Origin: Catajapyx aquilonaris
Lineage: Eukaryota
Direction of reading: 5' to 3'
Assembly (NCBI GenBank): GCA_000934665.2
Contig: JYFJ02002827.1
Location: forward strand, 1-50,296
DNA length: 50,296 bases
This document shows, in pieces, positions 25,301-37,900 of the stretch. How positions within the stretch are numbered: the first letter of the stretch is position 1; each line of letters starts with the position of its first letter. The notes under the pieces were generated by a model. That model did not search any database. It saw only the letters and a list, made by a program, of their open reading frames with translations, and was not told the origin of the DNA. The position numbers and the translations under genes are program-made.

Positions 25301-28300
25301 GCTACAGTAGGGGTAAGATAACTCGTGCGTTTGGGGAGGTGTAGGTGGCTTATTGTGTCCTTGACAACCATAATTAGACCCGCTCGCTGTTGAGTTTTTT
25401 TTGTATGGAATTTAGAACGATTGGTGGGGAAATATTTCCCCTCTTCTGGGCGTAAAGTGTACACAAACTCATCTCATTCCTGAGGTTTTAGACATAACGC
25501 CCATCTCCTTTGAAATCGAATCCTGATTGGTCAACTGGTAGGGGGCGGGGCTAATAATTATGGTTGCCAAGGACACAAGCCACCTCCCATAACACATGAG
25601 TTATCGTGTCCTTACTGTACAAGGGGAAGCCCTGTCTGAAGCTACCATTGCTCTTAGCAAGAGAAGGGATGAGAGGAGGAAGAGTGAGGTACGAAGTGAA
25701 GCTGTAGCCAAGAGAGAGCGCAAGAAAATTCACAGGGCCAAGAAGACTGATGAAGCTGCCCAAAAAAAGAGGAGGGACCAACATATGGGGCTGCAATGTT
25801 CTGAAAAATTGAACAAATCTGTTTATCAATTTTCATACGTGTTTTTCTCAAAACAACCTTTTTCAGCGTTCTAACCGTTCCATGTGTCTCAGTTTTTGTC
25901 GTAGAGGGTTAGGTATATGCACAAACCATGTTTAAGGTGTGAGGAACAAAACTGAGCATGGCCATTATCGTTACTTGACAACTTTTTTTAATGCAAATAT
26001 TTGTTCGAGGAAATTTGCCATATTTTGATATTTTACTTTAGTACGTGCACATAAAAAAATCTGCAGATGAATTTGCTCAACATCTGCTATTGCCAATGCT
26101 CAGTTCTGTTTATTAAGATTGTATTAGTGTGTGAGAAAATATCTGATGTCTGAATCACTTTTATAGACGCATGGAGCGTTTACAAGTTATCAATGAAGAA
26201 TGTGTTATATAGGCCATAAAATCTTAACAACTGAACATAACTAATTAAAAATTGTTTTAGGATATTCTTAAAGTATCTTCAACATGGTACTAACATGATG
26301 CCTTGATACGTTCAGTATCAACAAATATATTTTTTTCAGTAGGGTCTCGCCTTAAGTTCTTTTCATTATAAAGTTAAGTTCATTTTGTTTCCAGCAGTAA
26401 ACACATAATAAGCGGGGCAGTTGGGGTTATCCGATATTATAATGTCTCTACAGGGTGTCTAAACTTTTTTGTCCGATAACTGATCGGACAAAAAAGTTGA
26501 GACACCCTGTATATACTCTAATGATGCTTTTTTTTTACATGTTAGTAATGCATATTGTTAATTGCCATTTAATTTTTGCATGCCTCTCTGGTACAGGAAA
26601 ACAACACAGACACGGTACTGTATATGTGTTGTACTACGAACATAGTTATCTAATTGCTTTGTGAAAACGTCCTTAACCCTTAACTAGTAACGTGGGGTCA
26701 TTTTTGACCCCAAGCTTGCGGAAATTAGCACTGTCAAATAACTGGTTAATCAAGAGCCAAAAGCTTGTGTGTATTCCTCGATCACATCTTTGTTTATGTG
26801 TTAATAACCTTTAAATTTTTCAAAAAAAATTAATAGCGGTCCAAAAACGGCTATAACAAAGGTTATGTGCGGCTGGGGTCAAAAATGACCCCACGTTACT
26901 AGTTACGTTTGGATTCCTCATTCCTCTTGGATTCATGCCTGCCAGTGAGAAGCTTTTATTTTTTTGCTTCAAACGGTCAATGCAGTTACCTCTATCAATG
27001 AAATTTGTAGTCATCAACCTTAGATACTTTACAATACAGGTGGCCATGTACTAATGGCAAACCTGCCATAGACGATGCAATAATAAAGTTTTTTGCCCGA
27101 GATATTAATAATACAACTATTAATGTAGAGGAAATATATTCATCTTTTTACACACCTAATATATATAAAAATTTGTAAATAGTTTCAGATATGGGTTTGG
27201 CCTGCGCTCTCTATACTTATACACTGTCATATAGCCGTTATTTTGAAAGTATTACTTGTATGGCATTTAATGTAGAGGACATATCATCATCATTTGAGAC
27301 TTTATATAGAGAAAGCGTATTTATGAATTGTTAGCGTTGGCGGCTGCTGAGGTATCTATAATTATACGCAGTTGACGACTATTTGCATAGATATCACACT
27401 TAGTAACGTGACCTATAAGTTTCTTTTATTACCTACGCATCGTCCATAATGTAAACTTAATTTGCATGGCTTTAAAATTTTAATTTTATGAATTCGAGAT
27501 CAAATATAATTCAATTACCACGTGGGGTCAAAAATGACCCCACGTTACTAGTTGCGTTGCTCGAGTTCACATTACTAGTTAAGGGTTAATTATTTTGGTG
27601 CTATGCAATAAGAGGTTATTAACGAAATAATTGGCACATCTAAGGCTATACGTAAGCTAACTATTGCAGTAAATATAGTGTTTAGAAACTGTTATTATCG
27701 ACTAATAGTTTTCTCTGTAACATCTGGAGTGCTCTGACGTTGATTGTAATCATGCAATGCAAAAATCGTGTCAAAATAATTCAATCCTCTTTGTACAGGT
27801 CTGTAGTATATCATATGACAGCTTATGAGTCGGGCATATCTCTAGCTCCAGTTCCACTTCCTCCACGTAGTCGGATCAAAGAACTCTCCGTGAGCAACAG
27901 TCACATGATCGCATTAACTGCAGGTATGTTATGGATTTTATTTTACTATGCCTGGAAATTCGAAGTAAAAGTCGTCTCAAACGTATTTTCAAAATTGGGT
28001 TCGAACCCAAGACCTGACTATCCCGACTTTTTTCAGAGTGGTTGGTATTCACTTGGGGAGAAGATCGTAAAGGTCAACTGGGTCACGGTCAGTTGGAGCC
28101 GTGGAGATCACATCCTGAATGTGTAGAAGCACTCAAAGGAAAAGCCATAACTAGGTAAGATGGAATGTAAGAGATTATTAGTAGCATAATTATAGCCGTT
28201 TATGGTCACTAACGACTTGTCAATTTTCAGGGTGGGTGCAGGTGAAGGATTCAGTGTGTTTGCCAGTGACACAGGCATGATGATGACTTGTGGAGACGGT

Positions 28301-31300
28301 ACCTTCGGATGTTTGGGGCATGGTGACTGGAACAGCACATCTCGTCCCAAACTCATTGGTAGGTTACTCCAGAATTCATCTTCATGGCATAATAGAGCAT
28401 ACCATTTGGTCTATTAGTAACATTGAAATCACTAAAATGTGAACAAAACGAGTTGCCTCTGGGACTATAATAAATAATCGTCACTAGTTTTGGGACACAA
28501 AAGTGTCCCCGAACGATATTTTTCTTTCCATTTGTTTCTACCGTTTGTCACGCGGTTTGGCATAATGACTCGAACTTCGGGACCATTTTTAATAAACACT
28601 ATACCTTTAGGACCAGTTTAGGACGCTTCAGTAAAGTATTTTAAACTCACCTTCTCTTTATGATGAGTCATGAACGTTGCATTTCAGAAACTCTTTTAAG
28701 TGTAGATGTAGCCTTAGTGAGTTGCGGACCTCAACATGTTCTGATTGCAAGTGGTGAAGGAGTCGTATACTCCTGGGGTCGCGGCGATGGAGGTCGCCTC
28801 GGTCTGGGTCACGAAAATGACTGGTGAGAGTTCACTTGATTTGAGAGTTAACATAAGTTATATTCAGTGTACGCTAGTAAAATTCATTGATTTCAGTTGC
28901 TTGCCACAGGAAGTCATTTTGCCAGAAGATGTAAGGATCAGAAAAATTGCATGTGGTGGAGACGGAACAATTTTAGTTGCAGAGGATGGTGTTATGTATG
29001 CTTGTGGCAACAATGCCGCAAATAAACTTGGATTGGAAGAGAAAAAAGGAATCATGGCTTTTGCACGTCTTGTACCTTTGAAGGTGAGCTACACCATATA
29101 CTTAAGTTAATATATTTTGATTATGTTATAACCAAGTAATTGCATGACACAATTTGACATGGACATACAGTAGGCCTACTGTATAAGAACACTAGGTTGA
29201 ATCTTCATTCAACACCTTGACATTTTTTCATGGTCACTTGGAGTTTCAACTTACAAAGGCTATATAAGTTCCACTCTATTATTTTTTAAAAAAACTTTGT
29301 TACAATATTGCTACAGTATTGTTACACCATGGCTTCCCTATTGCGTAATAAACCCAGAAACGACGTCCCTGCTGTAACATGTGGGTTTCTTTACTAGATG
29401 TGTTGCCTGCCTCGAAACAAGCATGAACGATCAAACAATACAGAATAGTGATTTATTTTCGAATATTTAAATGGATATGTTTATATGTTTTATATGTTTA
29501 TATGTTTTTTTCTCTATAGTCCAGAGATGAAAAGGTGTTAAAACCTCGAAAGATTCGGTCAGTTCCTTGTCCTGTGGTGGAAGTTACCATGGGCCCTACC
29601 TTCACTGCTGTTCTCACAAATGAGGGAAACGTCGTGACATTTGGAAACAACAGTGAAGGTCAGCTTGGAAGAGGGAACTCCTATTACTCACCAAGCCCTG
29701 CACCTGTCAAAATAATGGACAACAAAGGTGTTTCTGTAAGTGCCGTAACTTATCAGATGAAAAGCGACTCCCACATAAGCTTACAGGGTGATCATTTGAC
29801 AGCCAATAAAATAACCATGCAAAAGTAACTTCTAAAAATAAGCAATCATGCCAACAAATAGCCATAGCGATCGGACAAGTATTTTGGATCACCCTGTATA
29901 CAGGGTGGTCCAAGTTCAAGTGTCGTTTTATAACGGCGATTAATAGAAGCACTTAACGATGACGTAGCAGCGACGTGTAAAATTTCCCACTTCGATTGCA
30001 CCGAAGATGTGCCGAAGTGGGACATTTTACGCTTCGCTGCTACGTCATCGCAAAATCACTGCTATTAATCGCCGTTATAAAGCGACACTTGAACTTGGAC
30101 CACCCTGTATACTCGTACAGTAGTAGTGCTGAAGACAGCAAAAATATTATATTGTTAATCTTCTCTCCCAGATGATACAATGTGGGCCTACATTCATGAT
30201 GGCAGGTACTGCTGACAATGCCCTGTACATGTGGGGAACCACATACATAAACCCCGATACGCCATCAGAGGTGAGTGTGAATTAAATAGGCCTACACGGT
30301 GTACTATCCCTATATGTTGATGATCCTCATATAGGGGACACCCCTGGAATTCAAATGCGAAATATTTCTGATTAATTCTTCTACTCTTTCCACCTCCCCT
30401 CTGGGGATTGTTAACATGGTATGTGACACCCTGTATATGTCCAAAACATGGCCTACTGTATAAATAATTGTCTTTTGTTGGGAACGATTTAAAAAAGGCT
30501 TCTTTCCAGCTCTCTGATTTGACCACAACAGGATCATCTTTGATACCAGGATCCTCTGTTCCATCATTGCCTCATGATTTTGAGGTGTAGTACCTATTGT
30601 CATTTCTTAGAGATATGTCTTACAATAACTATGTGACTGAATTCCAGAAGCAGAGGGATTCTGATTTTAGCGGCAGTAACCGCAGTAATTCACGTCTGCT
30701 CTCCTCTTACAAGCAAGACATCCGACTGCGACAAATAGTCACCGATCCTCAGGAAATTTTGGCGTAAGGTTTATGGTGCAAAACTTTGAAAGTTATGATT
30801 GAGAGACCCCTATACTGGTGGGTATTTGAATTTCTGTTGGACTAACTGTTTTAAATTACAATAACTGATTAATAATAGTAATAAATTGCTTAGTCTAAAC
30901 ATCTCTAGCCACTGTCAATGATGCTCTGAAAGTAATAATCAATTACCGCACTTCTTACAGACTGTACTCATCACCATCTCAAGTCCATTTGGGAGAAACG
31001 GTGAACTTGGTCAGCTTGCACTCCCAACACCAAAACGTCTACATTATGGTCGACACCACAGCTCCTCTTGCTAAATTGCCTGCAAACCTAAGGCCCCTTG
31101 AATCCGGGACACAGGACACACTTATATCAACTACAGTGACGCAGAAGAATAGCCAAGCTACGTCCCTTGCACCACATGTAGAAATATCTGAGGATGAATA
31201 TGAAGCTACTGTAGGACCGGTGAGAACTTATCAGATGACCTATAAAATGCTTGATTTACTTACAAAAATACCATATCTCATGGAGCAAGCCTACTAAAAG

Positions 31301-31711
31301 ATAGGGTCTGCAAAAAAGTTTCCAAACATAATTGGCATTTATTTTAGCACTGTATTAGCAAAGTACCTTCTTAGCAATCTCCCCCTCCTTGTATTCTTCA
31401 CATTTCAAAAGTACTGATGGTTGTAGTAGGTATAGCTACAAACTGGATAGGTGTGTAGGAACAGAACATTATTCGGCGTATAGTAAGCTTACTTGCCTAT
31501 ACCTTTCTTGATGCCATTCTATGTATGAGTATGTTAAAATTACTGTCATCTTGTCCAGGTACCTCAGTGGGTGCAGGCTGAACTCGACTCTTCGGATGCA
31601 GCATGGAAAGAAGAGAAATGGAAGGAACCATCTTCTCATCCATTTGGAATGAGCGAAGAAAGCACAGAACATGAACATGTTCCAGCAATAAATTCGGGAA
31701 TAACAAAGTAA
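22342..31711 (+). CDS. NIMA-related kinase of the NEK8/NEK9 (niki-like) type: N-terminal DUF4347-like domain + Ser/Thr kinase + RCC1 repeats, ~1001 aa
   Basis: 19 exons: 22342-22486, 22554-22654, 22735-22911, 23056-23251, 23314-23470, 23530-23712, 23773-23914, 24332-24460, 24520-24758, 27799-27923, 28037-28154, 28231-28358, 28688-28823, 28897-29083, 29520-29735, 30172-30270, 30648-30763, 30961-31219, 31559-31711 (3006 nt, phases consistent). Kinase motifs GKGAFG, VKEI, HRDLKTANIF, DLG, GTPYYISPE, SDIWALG. RCC1 motifs FTWGEDRKGQLGHG, YSWGRGDGGRLGLG, TFGNNSEGQLGRG. The C-terminal end is less certain. Confidence 0.9.
24791..26351 (+). mobile_element. Internally deleted Kolobok-type DNA transposon in NEK intron 9
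   Basis: TTAA|GGCGAAACCCTACTGAAAA ... TTTTCAGTAGGGTCTCGCC|TTAA (TTAA TSD, RR/YY ends). Remnant basic transposase tail at ~25620-25804 (RRDERRK...KKTDEAAQK, then frameshifted EEGPTYGAAMF*). Confidence 0.75.
26451..26509. mobile_element. 59-bp TIR-only Tc1/mariner remnant
   Basis: TA|CAGGGTGTCTAAACTTTTTTGTCCGAT-AACTG-ATCGGACAAAAAAGTTGAGACACCCTG|TA. Confidence 0.8.
26677..27585. mobile_element. Non-autonomous piggyBac element
   Basis: TTAA|CCCTTAACTAGTAA ... TTACTAGTTAAGGG|TTAA. Internal palindromic motif TGGGGTCA-(A/T)3-TGACCCCA at ~26693, ~26875 and ~27523. Confidence 0.88.
29784..29896. mobile_element. Short Tc1/mariner MITE
   Basis: TA|CAGGGTGATC ... GATCACCCTG|TA. Confidence 0.7.
29901..30107. 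mobile_element. Tc1/mariner foldback MITE abutting the previous element
   Basis: TA|CAGGGTGGTCCAAGTTCAAGTGTCG ... CGACACTTGAACTTGGACCACCCTG|TA; arms pair over nearly the whole length. Confidence 0.88.
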
Positions 31712-31980
31712 TAGCTCCAATACGACCAATTTTAATCCAATTATGATTATATTTATAATAAAATCAATAGTCAATGATAAGTGCAGTCTGTGAAAGTGTT
31801 GGTTATGTAGAAAAGTGGAATTTTTTGTCATTAGACTTCTCGGCATGGTCTAATCATTGTTTGGTCCCGTCGAATAAAATTAACTCCAAAGAATTGCCAA
31901 GTGTTGTAAAGAAAATCGTGATGAACACAGCCATGAAAAAGCAGTAGAGCATCCAGTCATCCCAGGAACCAAAAAAGACT

Positions 31981-34900
31981 TCAATAACGCCTGCGACGTT
32001 TGTCTGGGATGCCTGTTTTGGGACTTGGCACGGAATATCCGGGTGACCTCTGAAAAAAATGCACAATTCTTAATTGCATTCGTGCAAACTTTTCCACCAA
32101 ATGCTAAGATCTGCGTTATGTAAATCTATGTTATTCACTAGTATTTACAATAAATAAATACTTTGTCACTGTCACTTCTGAGCCAGAATGAACAAATGTT
32201 GAGTTTTTACTGTCTTTGAATCTGTAATCTTATAATGATAAAAGGGTTTTCATTGCATTTTTTTTTTTTAAATTCATACCCCGTTATCAGCTCTAGGGGG
32301 GAAGTTTTTTTTTGTTTTGCCTGGAACTCTGCTTTCATTTTACTGCGCTTCTTGGGATAGGATAGGGGCGGAAGGAAGCGGCTGTGGCCTATTATAATTA
32401 CGGAAACAACTCCGGAATTTTCCTGGAAGGACCGTGGGAAACCACAGAAAACCACGGTCAGAGTTGCCGGCCCCGGGATTTGATCCCAGGACCTCCCGAT
32501 TAGCAGTCGGACACCACATCCCCTACTCCAAACTGCTTCGGTTTTTCATTGCATAATGTAAGAGATACATGAGTATTACCGCTCTTTCAGCAAAGGCTGA
32601 CAGTCCCATATGCAAAGCTTCCATCGTCATACCCTGCTGAACTGTGATAGCCATGATTCCCATACTTTGAGCCTCTACAATTCCAGATATGTCTTCATCG
32701 AAAAACAACACTTCGTGGGGTGAAAATTGTGATACACGCAGGATCCTAAGGAAAACAACACATTGGAATTAGCTGTAGCCTACACACTTCGCCCTCATAG
32801 TATTACCCTAGCAGGTTACCCGGTGCGGGTATGTTGGGGTGCTGATAAAGGTATAGGGGTACGTATAATTTATGAAGTTTGTTTGTAAAATGTGTGTACC
32901 AAATACCATACACTCGAAACTCAATATGCCTTAAAATAGGCCTTATTACAAGTCACAATAAGCCAGAGTTAGTCACTATCTGTGATAGTTTTCTCTTATT
33001 GCGTATTGTGACGTCTTCCATTTGACCTACCCTTTTGTCACACGGACTGACCTTCTTAAAGTGGTTACGGCCACTTTCTCCTTGTAGGTTCTGTTGGGGG
33101 GAATTTTCGGCTTGGAAGCCACTCCACATGTCCGCCGGACGGTCGGTCGGCCGTGCGTGGCCATGAACCATTGTGTGGGTTCCAGAATATGTTTCGGAAG
33201 CTACACCACATTGCTCGCACCTTCGCTCTACCCTCACATTACCCCCGCCCCTTACAAATTTCCTGGCTACGCCGCTGTAAGGAGGACCTAGCTGCTCCTC
33301 ATTATCCGCTGGCACCCCAATATTTGGGAAAAGCCATGATGTATATGAATGAATGAATTATTGTGAATGCCATCTACATATTATATATTATATAATACAG
33401 TATTATAGTATTGGCTTCTTAGCCATTGAAAATGAATTAAAGTAAAGTTGTACCCGGCACAGCTATTATCATATCGTTTAACTGTTATACAGGGACATAT
33501 AGCATAATGGTAAAATATAGTTGACATTGTAATGTGACTAATGTCTATCATATTGTAGGCCTAATATAGTTGACATTGTAATGTGACTAATGTCTATCAT
33601 ATTGTAATATAGTTAACATTGTAATGTCTATCATATTGTAATATAGTTAACATTGTAATGTGACTAATGTCTATCATATTGTAGGCCTAATATAGTTAAC
33701 ATTTGTAATGTGACTAATGTCTATCATGTCTATCATATTGTAATATAGTTAACATTGTAATGTCTATCATATTGTAATATAGTTAACATTGTAATGTCTA
33801 TCATATTGTAATATAGTTAACATTGTAATGTCTATCATATTGTAATATAGTTAACATTGTAATGTCTATCATATTGTAATATAGTTAACATTGTAATGTC
33901 TATCATATTGTAATATAGTTAACATTGTAATGTCTATCATATTGTACTGTAATATAGTTTTCATTATATTTTGTCATAGTAGCGGTGATTATGGTAGCAG
34001 TTATTTGTCAATCGCGCATATATGCACCTCCCTGTGTGTGACGGTTATTTTTTCCAGGTGACGTCAGTCGCGTCACGCGTCAGCATCCAAAATCAAAGAT
34101 GGCGACGTGCTGATTTATATTATTCCTTGTTTTGTTTGCGGATTTCCCTGGTTTGCCATGTTTTAGCGAGGCAAAAGGCCGTTGGCGTGAAGAAGGTAAA
34201 AAGAAGCAAGGTGAGTGGTTCAATAATGCTGTCAGAATTCGGTCGTGAAGGGCTCTAAGTCTTGGCTCTTGAGCGAGTCACATTTCATGCTGACTGCATT
34301 TTAATGAAAGTGTGAAAGGTACTTGTGTTGGTGTTGTCTGTGTGGCCTTAGAGTGACCGCACCAGTACTGTCCGTCTTGTGGGTCCCGCCCAGCGAACGT
34401 CATTGTGGCTCTGCCAATAAATAAATATATAACGAACACGTGGCCTCTCAGTCTTTTCCTGGGCCCCTGCAGTATGTAGGTAAGGTTTGCAGTTTGCAAA
34501 GCCACAATCATGTGTCCATGGCGGGTATCAGGAAACGAAAATGTGCAGTGTTAAATAGTGGGATCGTAATTAATGAGTGAAAATGCTAGATTGTATAACT
34601 TGCTGTATTAAGTGATTTTCAGTATTGCACTGCATCTGTTGCAATTGCCTTATTTTTAATCATTTTCAGGGCCATGTCGTTGGTGGAAAAAATCAAGAAG
34701 GAGATCAAGGAGGAAGAGGAGGAGGAGGAGGAGGAGGAGGAGGAGGAGGAGATCAAGAAGGAAATCAAGGAGGAGGAGGAGGAGATCAAGGATGAGATAA
34801 CGACAGAGGAGACATGGCTTCTTCAGATAAAGGAGGAGATGCCTTCCTGTCTGGAGGATGACCCCAACTTTTCTGATGGCTACCTTACAGGGGATAAGGC

Positions 34901-37900
34901 AGGTGTTAAAGTGGAGGAAGTTGAAGGCAGTGGGGTTGAGGTAATAAGCTTGTGGAATATCTCTGTTAGTTAGTTAGTCTGTAAGGTATATGGGTGATTC
35001 TCCAAAAACTTACCAATACTATTTCCCGGCATAATAACTCAAAAATGGATTGACTGAGAGAGTTGATTTTTTTAAACGTTTGTAGAAGCAGTTGACACCT
35101 AGCCATCAACATGCAAACAAAGAAACTGCAAAGAAATGTCTAATGGCCTAAAATCACTCCTCTTGGCATGTCCCAATCTTATTTTAAAGCATGCTATATT
35201 TTCTTACAATTTTATCATTAACATTAGACAAGTTCCAATACTATAATTAAATTGTACACACTTGAAGGCATAAAACAACATTTTAAAAACAATTTAATCA
35301 TTTGGCACGACCTTGCTGCATCACTCCAAATGTGTCCCAAGTTTTCATGTTACTCTCCCGGATCAGGATATTTTTTCAAAATTTGCAATGAAACAAAGGG
35401 ATTTTTAACTCAGCTATTTGGCAACACTGCTTCTCCATGACACCTTGATTTAACTACGGATCGCTGTGCAAGAGGTACGTCTCCTAGTGGGTTAAAAAAT
35501 TAAGGAGCTTTAAATTCAGTTATGTAGCACATTTTGCGTTCACACTCCTGGCTCACTTTTCTATGGCACATAATAACTCAAATGTTTTGAAATAAATGTG
35601 ATTCCATGGCATGAAGGAATGTTATCACCTGACAGATTTCTAGAGTCAACGTTTATTCTGGACATTGATATAATTATTGATATTAAGCCAGATACATCCG
35701 AAGGGAATTCTTCCGACTCCCAACATTCCTGACAATAATATTTAATAATATTAATATTTTAACAAAATTATCGTTATTGAACAAGATGCGACTGAAAAAA
35801 TTGGCCATCATCAACTAGTGTCTGAAAAATTAATATTAAAATTCCGGTAGCTTTTTAGTGCCTGCTGTGGCCATGTCAAGTGCAAAGAAATTGCAAATTC
35901 TCGACTTTTGAGCCCAGGTTTTCACTACCTAGTTCACTACTTGCGGGACAGATATTTAAAAACTGAGTTTCACTTTTTGATCTAATATTATGAGGAACAA
36001 CGTCCAATAAAAATTATTGCGGTTAACTGCAAACTCAATCCTGGAAGGTTCCAACCGGTTTCAAGCATTTTAGAATATGAGAGTTAGGTCCCCCTATTTT
36101 TACCTTGTTTGTGACCTCATATAGAGTAAATGTGAATTTTTCCTCATTTTAAAAACAAGTTTTGAAAGTCATTAATTTTTGCTTTGAAAATGGCAAGTTT
36201 TTGGAGAATCACCCGTATATGAGAGTATATGTGTAAATCAGATCATAACCGTGATATCAGAGGACTGCTCATTGTCGTCCTTAATATGACACTTAACCAT
36301 TACAAGCATTTAATTTCAGCCATCAGTGGGACATGAATTGTTGTCAGAGGACAGTGGTTTGATCCGCACTGTCAGTGTCAAACCAGGATCAGAAGCAGTG
36401 GAAGGCCCTTGCAGAATGGAAATTCTGAAGAGTTTCAGGATGAAAAAGCAGACCCATTCAGAAGAAAGTCTGGAGAAAGGAAAGGTGGGTCACATGGCAT
36501 ACAAAGCAGAATTATTGTATTGTTAAAATTTTTATGCTATATTTTTTTTGTAGGCAAGCTCAGATCAAGAGAGCACTAAAGTGCAGACTTTTTTCCCTTG
36601 CTCTGTCTGCGAAAGAGTGTTTGATGAGGAAAAGAAGGCCAGAGCCCACAGACGTACTCACACTACTTACCCGTGTGATGTTTGTGGTAAGATATACAAG
36701 ACTTGGGGAACTCTGATCAGCCACAAGGAAGCCCATCCAGGAGAAAAGCCCCACAAGTGCACCAGATGTGACAAGTCATTTTTTTCGGAGTTCAAGCTAC
36801 AGCTTCATGCTTCCTCCCATGACGCTGGTGATGGTGCTGAACTCGGGTGTCGCATTTGCAAGGTGACCTTCAGCAAAAGGAGAGCATTTTGGGCGCATAC
36901 CAAAGTTCATCAGCGAATTCATGTTTGCAATATTTGTGACAAGGCTTTCAAATCTGACTCTGACTTACTGAGGCATGCAACTGTACATGTGGAAGAGAAA
37001 CCATTTGCTTGCGATGTTTGCAACATAAGATTTAAATCTATGATGTCCATGAAATATCACAAGCTATCGGTGCATGTTGAGCAGGGGCAATTATTTAAAT
37101 GCAAATTCTGCCCCTCCACTTTCAAGAGAGAGGAATACCTCAACCGTCACTTGGGAAGATACAGGGGGACAGGCCCAGGGAGCACGAGGATACATAAGCA
37201 ACATCCACCAAAACCAGTCATTTGCCCCTATTGTTCTAAGGCTTTCAGAGGCAAGAGGGACGCAGAAGACCATATTCGGCAGAAGCACACTGGGGAGAGG
37301 CCTTACACTTGTGACATTTGCGAAAAAAGATTTGCAGGTAGACGCCATATCGCAAAGCATTTCAAGGATGTACACGTAAGGAAAAGCCACTCAAACAGCA
37401 ATAAATGAGTGAAATGTTTTTAAACTGACACTTGTGTTTGATTATTATGTGCGATGAATCCAAAGCAGTGCAGTGGTTGGGACATGGAATTTTAGATACA
37501 TTTTAATACTCTCAGGTCAAAAAATGTGCTATGATTTCTATTTTTTTAAAAAAAGGTATTCAGATGGCAAAAATAATGTAAATGAAAATTATGAGGCTGC
37601 CTACAAGCAGTCCTCTATTGGCAATAAGCATCTTTAGCCTACATCAACTGTTTTTACTTCTTTCAGACCTATTTTACTGCTTGCATACAAATGCTGGTGA
37701 AATCTCCATTAAACATAATAATAAATAATAATACAGCAATTATGTAACTAATGTACTATATCATATTATAACTAATATGATATAATAATATGATTAACAA
37801 ATATACTGTGCATTATAACCAATATGTCGTGGTATTATGTACTAATATCTAATGTCATGTCATGGAACACTAATATTTTTTCATGATATAGAGGCTAATA

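Noticed and set aside
32523..32579. MDP1-like ORF ending at 32523 by read-through
   Set aside because: That stop lies in a SINE head; a donor at 32580 and an in-phase exon at 32049-31981 give a better model.
33052..33090. Possible extra MDP1-like exon (contains HFKK in one frame)
   Set aside because: The HFKK frame is out of phase with exon 4, and exon 3 already supplies that region.
33513..33958. CRISPR-like periodicity
   Set aside because: No unique spacers and a eukaryotic context; it is a tandem minisatellite.
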